DNA of 48,063 bases from Nemertoderma westbladi (lineage: Eukaryota > Animalia > Xenacoelomorpha): the NCBI GenBank assembly GCA_032718475.1, contig JAUCBJ010008274.1, forward strand, positions 1 through 48,063, read 5' to 3'. Below the pieces are notes generated by a model. The model saw nothing but the letters and a program-made list of their open reading frames with translations. It was not told where the DNA came from and did no database searches. Shown in pieces: positions 46,192-48,063 of this stretch (its first letter is position 1; the number at the start of each line of letters is the position of its first letter). Position numbers and translations under genes: made by a program.

Positions 46192-48063
46192 TGTCAGTGA
46201 GAAGAGGCAAGTCATTTCCAAGGTATACCCAGAGCTTGGTTTAGCCGAGACACGAGGATCTGAACTTTGCATTCCTAATACTCTACTTTACCAATAATAC
46301 CTAAGTATAGTAGGAGCGGTAAAGATTGTACTTTGATAAGAACTGACATTTCATCTTTCTGTAGTCACATTTATAATAGAATACGGACGGTAAGGAAAGA
46401 GAAAATGAAATTATTTCTCGCCGTTAACGAAATATATTATACTAAGTAATTAAGTAATAAAACACGAATATATTGCACTGAATAATCGTCTAAAATATTA
46501 TTCTACTAAATAAAATTAAATAAAACGATCATGATATGTGAGCGGATTCAATTCCGCCTCACCAACCCCCATAAAGTGGGAAGTGGCGCCTTTAAGCAAT
46601 ATTGGGGATACGAGGTTAATCCCCAATTAACCTCGTATCACACACCCAATAAACGGGGACAACAAACCCCGAAGGGCCACACAAAGGGAGGTCAGAGTTT
46701 AAACCTCCGGGAGAGGAAAGTAACAGCAGCGGGGGGGGGGGGGGGGGGGGGGGAAACACTCCCATAGAGGTGAGAGCCGAGAATTAGGTTATTGGCCAAT
46801 CAGAGCCAGGAAATGCATCCGCTAGGTACAAGGGCCACAAGTAATGTAGCTAACCAATATATATTACCGGTCAGTATCCATCCCCTTTCAGTCATCTCAG
46901 TCACACAGTGGGGACCAGTGACATTTTGTACCGTCACCGTTACTGTCAGATTATCTCATTACTGCTGTACTGCAACTGCATTATCTATATTACCGTGCTA
47001 TCATATATCTCATTACCGTCAATCTATAACAATATCAAGATAACAACAACAAACTATCTTCTTTCCAACAACGCGGTGACGCGTAACTCAATTCACCGGT
47101 CGGGATCCCCTGATCCCGTCACATGATAATATAAATTAAATAATAATGCGTACATAAATATAAAATAAAACAAATAAAATAATTGAGTCACATACCAACT
47201 CCGATCGCTGTTATGTTGTGGAGTCCCTAGATGTTGGTTGGATTAGGGAGGTGGTCGTAGGAAGAGTCTCTTGTTTTCCATAGTTGCCGGACAACTCTCA
47301 CTCTCTTTCCAATAAACATAAACGACCAACCGGGCGATTAAGTTGCTGAGTTTCAAAAACGATTCCGGGTTTCTTGTAGTTGCGTCGCATGACTACGAGT
47401 TCCACCGATCTCACTAAACCATCGGATATATGAGTCTCGATGATACGACCTGTCTGCCACCTCTTACGGGGAAGATCGGATTCCACAATGAGGACCATGT
47501 CTCCGGCGCTGACATTTTCTTGCTGCACAAACCACTTTGTTCGAAGTTGCAGCGTAGGAAGATAATATTTTTCAAAATGGTCAGCGAAACGACGGGATAA
47601 TAACTGCATAAGTTGCCAAGTTTGTAGGCAGTACTCGTCTCCGTCCGTTATTTCCGACTGCGGGAGCATGGCTACAGGTTTCTTTAGTAGGAAATGCGCG
47701 AGTGTTAGCGCTTCAAGGAGTCTGGACTCGTTGAAACTGGCATAAGCGGTCTCTCGTTGAGATAGGCAGCTATTTCCTCCATTAATGTCCGCAAAAGTTC
47801 GTCGGTGAGATACGCATGCGCGTTACGGCACTACAAAGTGAAATGCGGTCTTCATGCCACGTATGAGTCTCTCCCAACTTCCTCCCCACCAAGGGGCGTC
47901 GGCGGCGTTGAAGGTCCAGCTAGATGCTGTTCGCGCTTTCAGACCTTTGGCAGTTTAACCCACCAAATTAAGATGTCTTCTAGATATTAAATCAGTTTTT
48001 AGTCTATGACAAGTATTTGATTCACTACACTAGTCGAAACCAATCCGTGCGCGACCATTCACC
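46192..48063 (-). mobile_element. BEL/Pao LTR retrotransposon 3' part: frameshifted integrase plus probable 3' LTR starting at 47192 (distal LTR boundary uncertain)
   Basis: APWWGGSWERLI, LTDELLRTLMEEIAAYLNERPL, LTLAHFL, YLPTLQLRTKW, GDMVLI, DGLVRSV, RPVGRLCLL motifs; truncated by the window edge. Confidence 0.88.
46537..47123 (-). mobile_element. Solo LTR (587 bp) inserted in the BEL 3' LTR region
   Basis: TGTGA..TCACA ends; 5-bp TSD TGATA (46532-46536, 47124-47128); orientation assigned relative to the 4458 copy. Confidence 0.85.

Overview
AT-rich eukaryotic genomic DNA, inferred to be from an intron-poor invertebrate animal; no prokaryotic operons, rRNA, tRNA or CRISPR arrays were seen. 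Host genes: an intact single-exon PIKfyve/Fab1 (33388-39282, -), flanked by MGMT (31226-31830, -) and WDR89 (40493-41705, -), both broken by short frameshifts; also a double HMG-box gene, an NHL/beta-propeller gene and a glycine-zipper protein with a J-domain-like tail. Most of the rest is nested transposons. The main one is a full-length IS3EU-type DNA transposon (4934-9105; TATGG..CCATA ends, 6-bp TSD, one-intron IS3/IS481-like DDE transposase) whose long inverted repeats are built of tandem arrays. It sits inside a solo LTR and its transposase is frameshifted by an apparent Tc1/mariner excision footprint. A second, non-autonomous IS3EU-like element of unrelated sequence lies about 400 bp away. 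Also present: hAT, Sola1, pogo-like (with PHD finger), foldback, TTAA-targeting, Helentron/DINE-like, LINE and BEL/Pao relics. Palindromic TA-n-TA motifs resembling excision footprints (TAGGCCTA, TACCGGTA, TACAGTA) recur throughout. All coordinates were read by eye and family assignments rest on recalled motifs, not database searches.
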